DNA from: a virus
Length of the DNA stretch: 64,000 bases
Reading direction: 5' to 3' (one strand)
Virus record (IMG/VR): IMGVR_UViG_3300048999_000192
Coordinates: 64,001-128,000 of that record
The notes under the pieces: model-generated
Database searches by the model: none
The model's input: the letters and a program-made list of their open reading frames with translations, nothing else
Told to the model about the DNA's origin: nothing
Translations under genes and position numbers: made by a program
In this document: positions 36,477 through 45,431 of the stretch, piece after piece
Position numbering within the stretch: the stretch's first letter is position 1
Layout: the number at the start of each line of letters is the position of its first letter

Positions 36477-38671
36477 CCGACGACTTCGCGAACCGCATCG
36501 CCGGTGTCCAGAGCGCCATGAAGGCCAAGTCCCCGTTCTCTCGTAAGCGGGCGCAGGACACCGGCACCGGCGAGGCGGCCGAGATGCGCCGCAACCGCGC
36601 CGTGAACAAGAAGGTCGCCGCCGCAGGGTCCGGCAGCGACATCTCCTTCGCTACCGGCCGCCCGAGAGATCCCCTTTTCTACTGGAAGCAAAATAACCTT
36701 CCATATGACTTCGGTAAGCATGAGGAGCTGCGGAAGGTAAGAGCATTCTGTCGCCTTCTGTACCAGACTGACTCAATTATCGGTTCGGCGATCGACATCT
36801 ACTCCAAGTGGCCGCTGATCGGCATGGAGCTGTCGTGCAAGGACCAGAAGCTGACCGACTTCTACACCAACCTTTTCGGATTCGGTGAGGACGCCGACGA
36901 CAGCTCGCTCGACTACGAGGCCTTCCTGCCCCGCGTCGGCCGGGAGTACTGGACCGTCGGTGAGGCGTGGCCATTCGCCACGTTCAACCCGATGCTCGGT
37001 GTCTGGGAGGACGAGGAGCTCCTGCAGCCGGACGACGTCGATGTCCAGCGCAGCCCGTTCCTGAAGGACCCGAGGTTCTTCATCCGGCTGCCCGAGACCA
37101 TCCGCCGCCTGATGCAGACCCGCCAGCCAGCCTGGGAATACAACAAGCTGATGCAGGCGTATCCCGAGCTGGTCAACTACACCCACGAGAACCAGCTCAT
37201 GCCGGTCTCCAACATCCTGCTGCAGCAGATCAAGTTCGAAGGCGACACGTTCAACCCGCGCGGTGTCCCGCTGCTGACCCGCGCCATGCGCCCGGTGATG
37301 CAGCAGGAGATGCTCAACGCGGCCATGGACGCCATCGCCGACCGGATGTACACCCCGCTCATCCTGGTCAAGCTCGGCGCGTCCGCCTCTGACCTGGGCA
37401 CCAACGCCCCGTGGATCCCGACCGGTGATGACCTCGCCGATTTCGAGGAGGCGCTGGACGCGGCGCTGGCCGCCGACTTCCGCGCGCTGATCTACAACTT
37501 CGCGATCGACATCGAGTCCGTGTTCGGCCGGGAGCAGATGCCCGACCTGACGCCGGACTTCGAACGACTCGAAGACAAGATCCTCCAGACGTTCGGCCTG
37601 TCCCGGACACTCCTGACCGGTGCCTCGGCCGGTGAGACCTACGCCGCCGACGCGCTGAACCGCGACCTGATCACCCAGCTCCTGACGCACTACCAGAAGC
37701 TGATCAAGCATCACTGGCGGCAGCGGGCGCTGGTCGTCGCCGAGGCCCAGGAACATTTCGACTATGACGTCCGCAATGGGAAGCGCTACGTCAAGATGGA
37801 AGAAATCCTCGAAGTCGACGAGGAGACCGGCGACGAGCGCATCATCGAGCAGCCCAAGCTGCTGATCCCCGACCTGCACATGCAGACGATGAACCTGCGG
37901 GACGAGGAGCAGGAGCGCCAGTTCATGGAGGCGCTGCGTCAGGGCGGCGTGCCGATCTCCATGAAGACCAGGGTCCGTAACCTCCCGATCGACCTGGACG
38001 AGGAGATCGAGCGCAGCCAGGAGGAGGCCGTCCAGCTCATCGTCTCCGAGGCCGAGACCCGCAAGCGTGCCTACCAGGCGCTGCGCAACAACGGCCTGCC
38101 GATCCCGGACGACCTGCGCACCGAGTTCGAGGCCCTCGCCCAGCAGGCGCAGCAGCCCAGCCCGGCACTGTCGGCTGGCCAGCCGCAGATGATCCCCCAG
38201 CTCGGCCAGGACCCGCAGGCCGCCGACACGCCCAACCTCGCCCCGACGCAGCAGGACTTCCAGAACGACCCGCAGGACGAGTCCTCGGTGATGGCCCCGG
38301 TCATCCCGATGCCGATGGCTCCCCCGGGCGGAGAGGAAGAGGGCGACGCCCGGCCGGAGGAGTCCGACGAGGAGCGCGACGGCATGCCCACCTCGGCCGT
38401 GCTCTACCGGAAGGCCCAGAGCATGCGCACGGTGGCGGCCACCCGGCACGCCGACGTGGTCGAGGCCGAGCAGAAGCTGGCCCGCGAGCAGGCCTGGGCC
38501 GAGTGGGAGGTCAATCGCGTCGAGGCCGCCGCCAACGGCACCGACATGCCCGCGACGCCGCCAGAGGACCTGACCGCCTACACGGTGCCCGCCCAGATGC
38601 GCGGCCCGATGCACATCGGCCAGCGGCGCAACCTCGATCGGGACTGGAAGGCCGCGCTCGACGACGACTGA
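36473..38671 (+). CDS. Portal protein
   Basis: 732 aa; IGSAIDIYSKWP, PRGVPLLTRA, AIADRMYTPLILVKLG motifs as recalled for cluster-C-like portals; position in head module. Confidence 0.8.
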   Translation: MTDDFANRIAGVQSAMKAKSPFSRKRAQDTGTGEAAEMRRNRAVNKKVAAAGSGSDISFATGRPRDPLFYWKQNNLPYDFGKHEELRKVRAFCRLLYQTDSIIGSAIDIYSKWPLIGMELSCKDQKLTDFYTNLFGFGEDADDSSLDYEAFLPRVGREYWTVGEAWPFATFNPMLGVWEDEELLQPDDVDVQRSPFLKDPRFFIRLPETIRRLMQTRQPAWEYNKLMQAYPELVNYTHENQLMPVSNILLQQIKFEGDTFNPRGVPLLTRAMRPVMQQEMLNAAMDAIADRMYTPLILVKLGASASDLGTNAPWIPTGDDLADFEEALDAALAADFRALIYNFAIDIESVFGREQMPDLTPDFERLEDKILQTFGLSRTLLTGASAGETYAADALNRDLITQLLTHYQKLIKHHWRQRALVVAEAQEHFDYDVRNGKRYVKMEEILEVDEETGDERIIEQPKLLIPDLHMQTMNLRDEEQERQFMEALRQGGVPISMKTRVRNLPIDLDEEIERSQEEAVQLIVSEAETRKRAYQALRNNGLPIPDDLRTEFEALAQQAQQPSPALSAGQPQMIPQLGQDPQAADTPNLAPTQQDFQNDPQDESSVMAPVIPMPMAPPGGEEEGDARPEESDEERDGMPTSAVLYRKAQSMRTVAATRHADVVEAEQKLAREQAWAEWEVNRVEAAANGTDMPATPPEDLTAYTVPAQMRGPMHIGQRRNLDRDWKAALDDD

Positions 38672-38672
38672 T

Positions 38673-38708
38673 GCTGTGCGGCCTCCCTCCTGCCATCCGA
38701 AGAGGCGA
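38673..38708 (+). promoter_or_regulatory. Putative late promoter
   Basis: GCTGT-N21-GAAGAGGCGA. Confidence 0.7.
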
Positions 38709-38719
38709 GGGAGGCTCAC

Positions 38720-41700
38720 ATGCGGATGCAGCGTACGGCCCGGCAGCACACCACGCTCCAGGCGACGGCAGGGGTCAACAGCGAGGACTACTTTGACTTC
38801 CGGCCCAAGCAGCGGGTGATGACGGCCGACGGGTACCCGGGCCGCGTCGAAGCCGTGCACGATGGCCCGCACGCCGGGAGCGAGGCGTACGAGGTCGTCC
38901 TGGACGGCGGCATGGGCGGTGGGCTGTACGCCTCCAGCCAGCTCCACGCGCTCGCTGACGACGCTCACACGGCCGCCGGGGACTACCCCGAGCTGGAGGA
39001 CGTCCTCTCCGCCCGGCCCGACCCGGCCAAGCAGGTCGTGATGGCCAAGAAGGCCGCGCGCAAGAGGGCGTCGACCCTCCCCGACGATCACCCCGACAAG
39101 GTCTACCTCCGCTTCGGCCACTGGCCGAAGAACGAGCGTTCCGCGAATGGCGTCACGGGCCACCCAGAGGACGGGGTGAGCGTCTACGACCTTGACCACA
39201 AGGGCGAGCCCATGGACCCGGACCCCAACCTCAGCCGGGGCCACGAGCATGACGAGTCTTGCGATCCGGACTGCGATCTCGATAGCTGGAACGAGGACTA
39301 CGGCAACGACACCCGCGAGGAGATGAACGGCCGGGTCTATCGCGCGGAGAAGGCGCGGGCCAACGGTCACGACTACCGGGGCGAGGTCGGCCACCTGGTC
39401 AAGGGCAAGATGACGGGCATCGGCCACGATGGTGAGCCGCTGCTGAACAACGTCAAGCGCGTCGGTGACTGGATCGACCACCGGCACATGTTCATCCCGA
39501 CGGCGAGCCCGCACCGGCTGGCCAGGGGTGAATACGACGAGGACTACGAGCCGCCGTCGTCCAAGCTGGCCACCACCCAGAACGGCACCCGGATCGACGG
39601 CCACGGTGAGGCCCCGCACGAGGTGCGCGCCAAGGACCCCAACGGCTACGACGCCAAGAGCACCGAGGGCGACCCGGACCCGCTCATGTCCAAGCCGCTG
39701 ACCAAGAAGGACGAGGTCGGCGCGCACGGGGGCGAGCTCGGCAAGGGGATGTCCGGCGTCTCCTTCGAGGGCGCGATGTCCCCCATGCAGAAGCAGAAGA
39801 TCGAGGACCGCGAGGACGCCCGGCAGGACGTGGTCGATCAGCATTCGCAGGTGAACGACGCCCGGCGCGACCGCACCGACGTCGGCGACGTCCAGCGGGT
39901 CGAGGACCCGGCGTACGCCAAGTACCTGCAGTCCCTGAACGCGCTCACCGTACGGGCCGACTGGGACGACCCGGAGCACGGCGCGGAGTGGCGGCGTCCC
40001 TGGGACGTGATGCCCGTCCACCACGACGACGGCCGCTGGCACGACCCCGAGCTGGACAAGAACTACGAGCACGACACGGCCGAGCCTGAGGCCGACGACT
40101 CCTCCACGGCCCACGCCGCGCACCTGCACCTGCCGAACCCGGAGGAGGACCCGGACGCGCTGGCCAGCCACATGGTCGACGCACACGGCTACGACCTGGA
40201 CAAGGTCAAGCAGATGATGATGGTCCACCGGCTGATGAGCGGCCAGCACGAGATGGACCACGAGACCGAGCCGGGTGGCATGGGCCTGCACCCCGACGAC
40301 TTCTCCCTCCCGCACGACCACCCGGACCGCTGGCTGGAGCACGGGTCGATCCCGGGGCCGGAGGGCGGCGTCGAGCAGGCCGGAGCCCGTGGCGACACCG
40401 GCCACGCGCTCGACAGCAGCAGGCCGTTCGAGCTCAAGCCCTGGCATATGAACTACTCGCTGAGCTCGCTGGCCGACCCGTACGCCCTGGTCGCCTCGGC
40501 CGCCCAGGACCGGGACCTGGGATTCCAGCTCACCGCCGCCTGGACCGACGTTCGCAACAAGGCCAAGCGGATCCGGTCAGAGGGCAAGGTCAGGATCACC
40601 CTGGCCAGTGACGGCCTGGTGGCTGGTGAGGTGCAGGGGGACCACCAGACGTATGAGACCGGCATCCAGCGCCTGCCCGGCTCCCGCCACGGCGTGGCCA
40701 CCTGGAGCTGCGGCTGTAAGTGGGGCGCCTACCACTGGGGCGCCAGCGACGACTTCAGCCGCTTCGCCGGTCGGATGTGCTCTCACGCCCTGGCCCTGCA
40801 GTACGAGGCCCAGAGTCGGGGGATGTTCGGCAAGACCGTCGAGGTCGACACCTCCAAGCCGGACTGGGTGCCGCCGCGCGTGGTGGTCAAGTACAACCCC
40901 GACACCGGCCACAGCGACTTCGCCAAGTCCTCCTCACTGGTCACCCCCGAGCTGTCCCCGCTGCAGATCTTCTGCGCGTACGCGGGCAACGACGGGGAGA
41001 CCGCCGACCAGATCACCTGCCTGCTGCACACGGCCGGGCTGGTCGAGGGGTACTCCAACAGCCCGTGGGGCGAGCCGATCGCCGAGGTGCCGCCCAAGCC
41101 GTACGGGGCGACCCAGCCCGCCAACAAGTGGGAGGACCCGGGCAGCGCCGGGTTCCTCGCCACGCCCGACCCCGAGGACTGGGGCGGTCTGGGGCAGAAC
41201 AACCAGATGTACTCCACGTCCAGCCTGGACGAGGCGGTGTTCGAGCCCGTCCTGGCCAGTCCCCAGGGGGCGTATGAAGATCAGGACAGTCCTGCCGATC
41301 CGGAGGGCCTGGAAGCGACCCTGCACGACACTCCCGAGCCAGCTCTTCCCGAGACCGACGGCGGCCGGGAGGACATGGTCGGCGAGCACGCCGAGGACCT
41401 CACGCCGGACGACCAGTCGATGATGACGGTCGGCAACCAGATGGGCGGGGCCGACGAGGTCCTGGACGAGACCCAGAACACCACCCCGCAGGACCTGGAC
41501 GACGTCGTGGCGCGCTTCCAGGCCTCCGCCGGGGCCAAGGCCATCATGGCCGACGCCGGGACTCCCAGCGGGCCTGCAGCGCGCGAGGGGGCCTCCGCCG
41601 CGCCCTCGGACGGCGACATCGCCGCCCACGCGCGCCAGGTGCTGGCCCTGAAGGCCTTCAGCCCGGCCGAGCAGGCCTCCCTGATCAACGAGGGCGTCGG

Positions 41701-41788
41701 GGAGCGCGCGGCCAACTTCGACAAGCTCGACATCGCCGGGACGCACTACGCCGACCTGGACGACGAGGACGACACATGGCTGAGCTGA
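38720..41788 (+). CDS. Large multi-domain head-module protein with SWIM-type Zn finger
   Basis: WSCGCKWG..CSHALA; VYLRFG..EDGVSVY module; RTA/HTA/KRA/KLA junctions; acidic C-terminus. Confidence 0.75.
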   Translation: MRMQRTARQHTTLQATAGVNSEDYFDFRPKQRVMTADGYPGRVEAVHDGPHAGSEAYEVVLDGGMGGGLYASSQLHALADDAHTAAGDYPELEDVLSARPDPAKQVVMAKKAARKRASTLPDDHPDKVYLRFGHWPKNERSANGVTGHPEDGVSVYDLDHKGEPMDPDPNLSRGHEHDESCDPDCDLDSWNEDYGNDTREEMNGRVYRAEKARANGHDYRGEVGHLVKGKMTGIGHDGEPLLNNVKRVGDWIDHRHMFIPTASPHRLARGEYDEDYEPPSSKLATTQNGTRIDGHGEAPHEVRAKDPNGYDAKSTEGDPDPLMSKPLTKKDEVGAHGGELGKGMSGVSFEGAMSPMQKQKIEDREDARQDVVDQHSQVNDARRDRTDVGDVQRVEDPAYAKYLQSLNALTVRADWDDPEHGAEWRRPWDVMPVHHDDGRWHDPELDKNYEHDTAEPEADDSSTAHAAHLHLPNPEEDPDALASHMVDAHGYDLDKVKQMMMVHRLMSGQHEMDHETEPGGMGLHPDDFSLPHDHPDRWLEHGSIPGPEGGVEQAGARGDTGHALDSSRPFELKPWHMNYSLSSLADPYALVASAAQDRDLGFQLTAAWTDVRNKAKRIRSEGKVRITLASDGLVAGEVQGDHQTYETGIQRLPGSRHGVATWSCGCKWGAYHWGASDDFSRFAGRMCSHALALQYEAQSRGMFGKTVEVDTSKPDWVPPRVVVKYNPDTGHSDFAKSSSLVTPELSPLQIFCAYAGNDGETADQITCLLHTAGLVEGYSNSPWGEPIAEVPPKPYGATQPANKWEDPGSAGFLATPDPEDWGGLGQNNQMYSTSSLDEAVFEPVLASPQGAYEDQDSPADPEGLEATLHDTPEPALPETDGGREDMVGEHAEDLTPDDQSMMTVGNQMGGADEVLDETQNTTPQDLDDVVARFQASAGAKAIMADAGTPSGPAAREGASAAPSDGDIAAHARQVLALKAFSPAEQASLINEGVGERAANFDKLDIAGTHYADLDDEDDTWLS

Positions 41789-42219
41789 CGCACGGGACCG
41801 AGGTCCCGCTGGAGCAGCTTCCCCAGGTGGTCGACGGGGTGGAGTTCACCCCGGTCACCCAGGCCGAGGTCGCCGAGCTCGACCCGTTCGGCGACGGCAA
41901 GCGCATCACGGTCGACCGGCCCGTCAACGTCAGCCAGCTCATGGACGAGATCCGCGAGGCCACCGGCGTCCAGGTGAGCATCTCGATGATCTGGCCCGAG
42001 GGGGCGGAGAAGGGCACCCTGTTCGTCTCGCCGGGGGACGCGGTCGACGGCCGCACCGTGGCGGGCAAGATCCGGACGCACGAGCCGGACGATCTGTACG
42101 GGCTCAGTGAGACCGACCGGGCCCTCGCAGAAGTGATGAATAAGGTCCGTAGTGGCAAATCGCTTACGGACGCCGAAAGGGACATGGCACTTCTGGCACT
42201 GAGCCGGAGGGGGCGGTGA
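41776..42219 (+). CDS. Hypothetical protein
   Basis: GAGG RBS; overlaps upstream gene. Confidence 0.65.
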   Translation: MAELTHGTEVPLEQLPQVVDGVEFTPVTQAEVAELDPFGDGKRITVDRPVNVSQLMDEIREATGVQVSISMIWPEGAEKGTLFVSPGDAVDGRTVAGKIRTHEPDDLYGLSETDRALAEVMNKVRSGKSLTDAERDMALLALSRRGR

Positions 42220-42221
42220 TC

Positions 42222-42257
42222 CCTGTGATTCAGGGTATGAGAGCAACGAAGAGATGA
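42222..42257 (+). promoter_or_regulatory. Putative late promoter
   Basis: CCTGT-N21-GAAGAGATGA. Confidence 0.6.
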
Positions 42258-42286
42258 GCATCTAGTCAACGTGTGAGGGGGTAAAG

Positions 42287-42454
42287 ATGCTTGGCCTGAT
42301 CCTAGTGATCATCGCTGGCCTGCTGACCATTCTCGACATGGTTCTGCGCCACCCGAACTACCGTTCCGGCGCGCCGTATTGGCTGCTCGACGTGGCGCTC
42401 CTTCTCGTCATTGTCGCGCTGCTGGTCGGCGTGAAAGTTATCCCTCTGAACTGA
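42287..42454 (+). CDS. Small 2-TM membrane protein (55 aa, holin-like; not in ORF track)
   Basis: MLGLILVIIAGLLTILDMVL..LLDVALLLVIVALLVGV. Confidence 0.6.
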   Translation: MLGLILVIIAGLLTILDMVLRHPNYRSGAPYWLLDVALLLVIVALLVGVKVIPLN

Positions 42455-42458
42455 CCCC

Positions 42459-42794
42459 ATGATTCCCGACATCCTTCTGGCGGCCGTGACCACGGCACCC
42501 ACTGGCCCGACCGGCCCCGACATCATCACCCTCCTGACGGGGGCCGGTCCGGCCGGTGTCATGCTGCTGCTCTTCGTGATGGGGCTTGTCTACTCTAAGA
42601 AGTCCTACGAGGAGCTGGCTGCCGACAGGGACTACCTGCGGGAGTCTCTGTTGAAGGAGCAGGAAGCCCACCGTGACACCCGAGAGGCGCTCATCAAGGC
42701 AGGAACGCGGGCCGACGCCGCCGTTGAGGCAGCCAACATGGCCAACAGCATTCTTGCCGGATTCCAGCGTAGGCTCCCAAGCAAGGACGACTGA
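42459..42794 (+). CDS. Membrane protein, lysis-cassette-like
   Basis: One TM followed by a coiled coil. Confidence 0.6.
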   Translation: MIPDILLAAVTTAPTGPTGPDIITLLTGAGPAGVMLLLFVMGLVYSKKSYEELAADRDYLRESLLKEQEAHRDTREALIKAGTRADAAVEAANMANSILAGFQRRLPSKDD

Positions 42795-42810
42795 CTACAG
42801 GTACCCCGAT

Positions 42811-43023
42811 ATGAAACTCTTCCACCGCAAGGACCGTACTCCGTCACCCGAAGTACGTGCTGCGGTCGAAGCCGCCGAAAAATCGGCTCTTCGGGCTCGT
42901 GCCGATCTTGAAGAGCAGGAACAAAAACTGGCAGAGTCGCGTCATATCATTGACACCATGAGGGCTCGCAACATCGCGAATCATTATGATGAGATGGTCG
43001 AGAATTACCTGAGGACACAGTGA
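42811..43023 (+). CDS. Small coiled-coil protein (lysis-cassette-associated type)
   Basis: MKLFHRK..RARNIANHYDEMV. Confidence 0.55.
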   Translation: MKLFHRKDRTPSPEVRAAVEAAEKSALRARADLEEQEQKLAESRHIIDTMRARNIANHYDEMVENYLRTQ

Positions 43024-43556
43024 TGAAAAAGAGGCTCCGGAGATCGCTCCGGAAACTGTCGTCGGGAGTACGGAGAGTCACCCGGCCGGTTTTCGCATGG
43101 GTGCAGCGTCACCCCGCCCTCACCATCGTGATCCTGTTCTTCGTTACTCTCAATGTTCGTCTCGCTACGGACTGGCAGGGCGGGTCGGAATTCACCCATC
43201 TGCATTACCGGCTGCTGCTCTGGCTCTCGATCCTTCCCGGCACGCTCGCCAGTGGCTCGTTCATCGCCATGCACCGGCCGAGCAAGTGGCTGGACAGCAC
43301 GGCGATCAATGCCTCGGGCTGGCTGATCATCGTCTTCCTGTTCTACGCCCGCTCGCTGGTCACCCTGATCACCCAGAAGACGGTGGTCTGGCGCGGCATG
43401 CCGAACGCCCTGTGGGCCATCGGCATCGTGCTGGTGATCGACTACCTGCTCATCCTGCGGCTGCTCTCGTTCATGAAGTACCGCCGGGCGTTCCGCCGCC
43501 GCCAGGCCGAGCTGGAGCGCGAACTCATCGAGCAGGGCATCGTTCCCGCAGAATGA
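43020..43556 (+). CDS. 4-TM membrane protein, holin-like
   Basis: Four hydrophobic helices, basic termini. Confidence 0.6.
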   Translation: MMKKRLRRSLRKLSSGVRRVTRPVFAWVQRHPALTIVILFFVTLNVRLATDWQGGSEFTHLHYRLLLWLSILPGTLASGSFIAMHRPSKWLDSTAINASGWLIIVFLFYARSLVTLITQKTVVWRGMPNALWAIGIVLVIDYLLILRLLSFMKYRRAFRRRQAELERELIEQGIVPAE

Positions 43557-43598
43557 TTTTAAAATCTTCTGGACCTCTCCAAGCTTCCTTGGTAGAGT
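43551..43598 (+). promoter_or_regulatory. Early-type promoter/operator inside structural module
   Basis: GAATGATTTTAAAATCTTC; CCAAG-CTTC-CTTGG; TAGAGT. Confidence 0.75.
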
Positions 43599-43637
43599 GG
43601 GGTCATCAGCAAGACCCCACGACGAGAGGTCCCGAAG

Positions 43638-44246
43638 ATGAGCTTCACCTGCGGCCACTGCTCCAGCAAGACCGACAAGATCAAGCACGAGACCGTCGCT
43701 GAGGTCTTCGCCTGCTCCCAGCGCCCCCGCACCCTCCAGAGCGTGGCCACCGGCCAGCAGGAGGTGCGCGTGCAGCCCGCCGGAACCACGGTCCGCCCGG
43801 CCGCGCCCGCCAAGAGCTCCTCGGCCATCACGGTCACCCAGGGCGTCTTGCACGAGGGCTACTTCACTGTGGTCTTCGCCGAGGACGACCGCATCACCCT
43901 GCGGGTCCGCCGCCAGCGCAGCAACGCGAAGTTCCGCCCCGGCGACCTGCTCGTCTCCTACCTGAACGGCTCGAACAACGAGGACGACTACGTCAAGTTC
44001 GCCGGGGTCGAGGAGACCAAGCAGGGCACCAGCCTGAAGGTCTGGAGGCGCTTCGCCGACAACGAGCGGCTCTCCGAGGCGCTGAAGGTCCTGGCGGGCG
44101 ACCCCCAGGCCGCCGCCAAGGCGTTCGCGGTCGAGTCCGACCACTGCTCCAAGTGCGGCCTGCTCCTGACCGTCCCCCAGGGCCCTGACAACCCCTACCG
44201 CGACCAGGGCTACGGCCCCAAGTGCGGCGCCGACATCTTCGGCTGA
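43638..44246 (+). CDS. DUF6011-like Zn-binding protein
   Basis: LNGSNNEDDY..F; CSKCGLLLT..GYGPKC. Confidence 0.7.
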   Translation: MSFTCGHCSSKTDKIKHETVAEVFACSQRPRTLQSVATGQQEVRVQPAGTTVRPAAPAKSSSAITVTQGVLHEGYFTVVFAEDDRITLRVRRQRSNAKFRPGDLLVSYLNGSNNEDDYVKFAGVEETKQGTSLKVWRRFADNERLSEALKVLAGDPQAAAKAFAVESDHCSKCGLLLTVPQGPDNPYRDQGYGPKCGADIFG

Positions 44247-44306
44247 TCCCCAAGCGGGGGCCGCCGACCGGGCGGCCCCCTTCTCCCCCGAGGAAGGACC
44301 CACCCC

Positions 44307-44711
44307 ATGTCCCACCCGACCGAGCCCGCTTACGCCGCCGCCCTGCACACCCTCTTCGACCACGTGGCCGACCTGGAGGCCTCCTGCGCGCAGGCGGGCA
44401 AGGAGGCCCTCGCGTCCGACGACCCGGCCGAGACGGCCGTACTGCAGGAGGACTTCTACCGGTTCGACGCGGCGGCCAAGGCGGTCGGCGAGGCGATCCG
44501 GCGCGTCATGCGCAACGACACCGCCCGCCGGGAGCCCGGCCTGCGTGCCGCCCAGCGGTTCGCCATCGTCAACCACCACTTCGACGTCAGCATGGCCTCC
44601 GCGCGCAAGAGGGCCGCTGCGCTCGCCGAGACGTTCTGCAACTGCGACGACCCGAACACCCCGCCCTGCATCATCGCCGGGCACTCCGCCGACCGGAAGG
44701 TCAACGCCTGA
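44307..44711 (+). CDS. Hypothetical protein
   Basis: AAGGA RBS. Confidence 0.65.
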   Translation: MSHPTEPAYAAALHTLFDHVADLEASCAQAGKEALASDDPAETAVLQEDFYRFDAAAKAVGEAIRRVMRNDTARREPGLRAAQRFAIVNHHFDVSMASARKRAAALAETFCNCDDPNTPPCIIAGHSADRKVNA

Positions 44712-44941
44712 TGAAGCCCCAGAGGACCTGCTACCGCGAGGACACCGTCAAGGAGATGCTCGCCGAGCTCGCTCCCCCGGTGCCCGGTCACCCCTCGATC
44801 CTCACCCTCGACATCGAGCGGGGGGAGTGCGCCTGGAACCCGGCGACGACCAAGGACCGGCCGATCGTCGGCCCGAAGGTGGTCACCTACATGGTGCATT
44901 CCGACGGCGGCATCGACGTGTCGACCCGGCCCGCCGGATGA
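44711..44941 (+). CDS. Hypothetical protein
   Basis: TGATG-coupled. Confidence 0.55.
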   Translation: MKPQRTCYREDTVKEMLAELAPPVPGHPSILTLDIERGECAWNPATTKDRPIVGPKVVTYMVHSDGGIDVSTRPAG

Positions 44942-45152
44942 TCATCTTCTAAGATGGGGGCATGCCTCCCATCTCCCCGATGAAGCTGTCTTTGCTCGCG
45001 CACCCCGCCGAGAAAGTGGACGGGGTGCGCTTGCGCGTCCACCTGATGGAGCAGCACGGCTGGAGCGTGGCCATGGTGCTCAGCCGTCGTTTCGACGAGG
45101 ATTACCTCCAGTCAGAACACCAGAAAGCGCACGAGACGAAGTCCTGAAGATC

Positions 45153-45368
45153 ATGAGCGTCCCCGCCGTAGACCTGTTCAACGCCGCCGTCCCGCTCGAC
45201 TACTGCGACATGTGCGGTGCCCCCGTGTTCGTCGCCGAGCTCTACAAGGGCAAGCTCGTCTGCTCGATGAGCTGCCAGACCGACGTCGACCGGCGCGTGG
45301 TGCGCCCCGACCCGGTGACCCAGACGATCGACGCCTGGTGCACCAACCTCCCGCGCCGCCTGCGCTAG
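45153..45368 (+). CDS. Small Zn-finger-like protein
   Basis: CDMCG..CSMSC. Confidence 0.55.
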   Translation: MSVPAVDLFNAAVPLDYCDMCGAPVFVAELYKGKLVCSMSCQTDVDRRVVRPDPVTQTIDAWCTNLPRRLR

Positions 45369-45373
45369 CTCTA

Positions 45374-45400
45374 CCAAGCTTCCTTGGAGTGGTCTAGACT
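45374..45400 (+). promoter_or_regulatory. Early-type promoter/operator
   Basis: CCAAG-CTTC-CTTGG then TAGACT. Confidence 0.65.
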
Positions 45401-45431
45401 GGCGGAAACCCTCTCTCCCCGAAGGAGACCC

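Noticed and set aside
36773-40447. Very long antisense ORFs (also 53622-56906, 25259-27688, 47360-49681, 43005-44684)
   Set aside because: They are shadows of high-GC3 plus-strand genes, with V/L/G/R-rich translations, no motifs and no RBS
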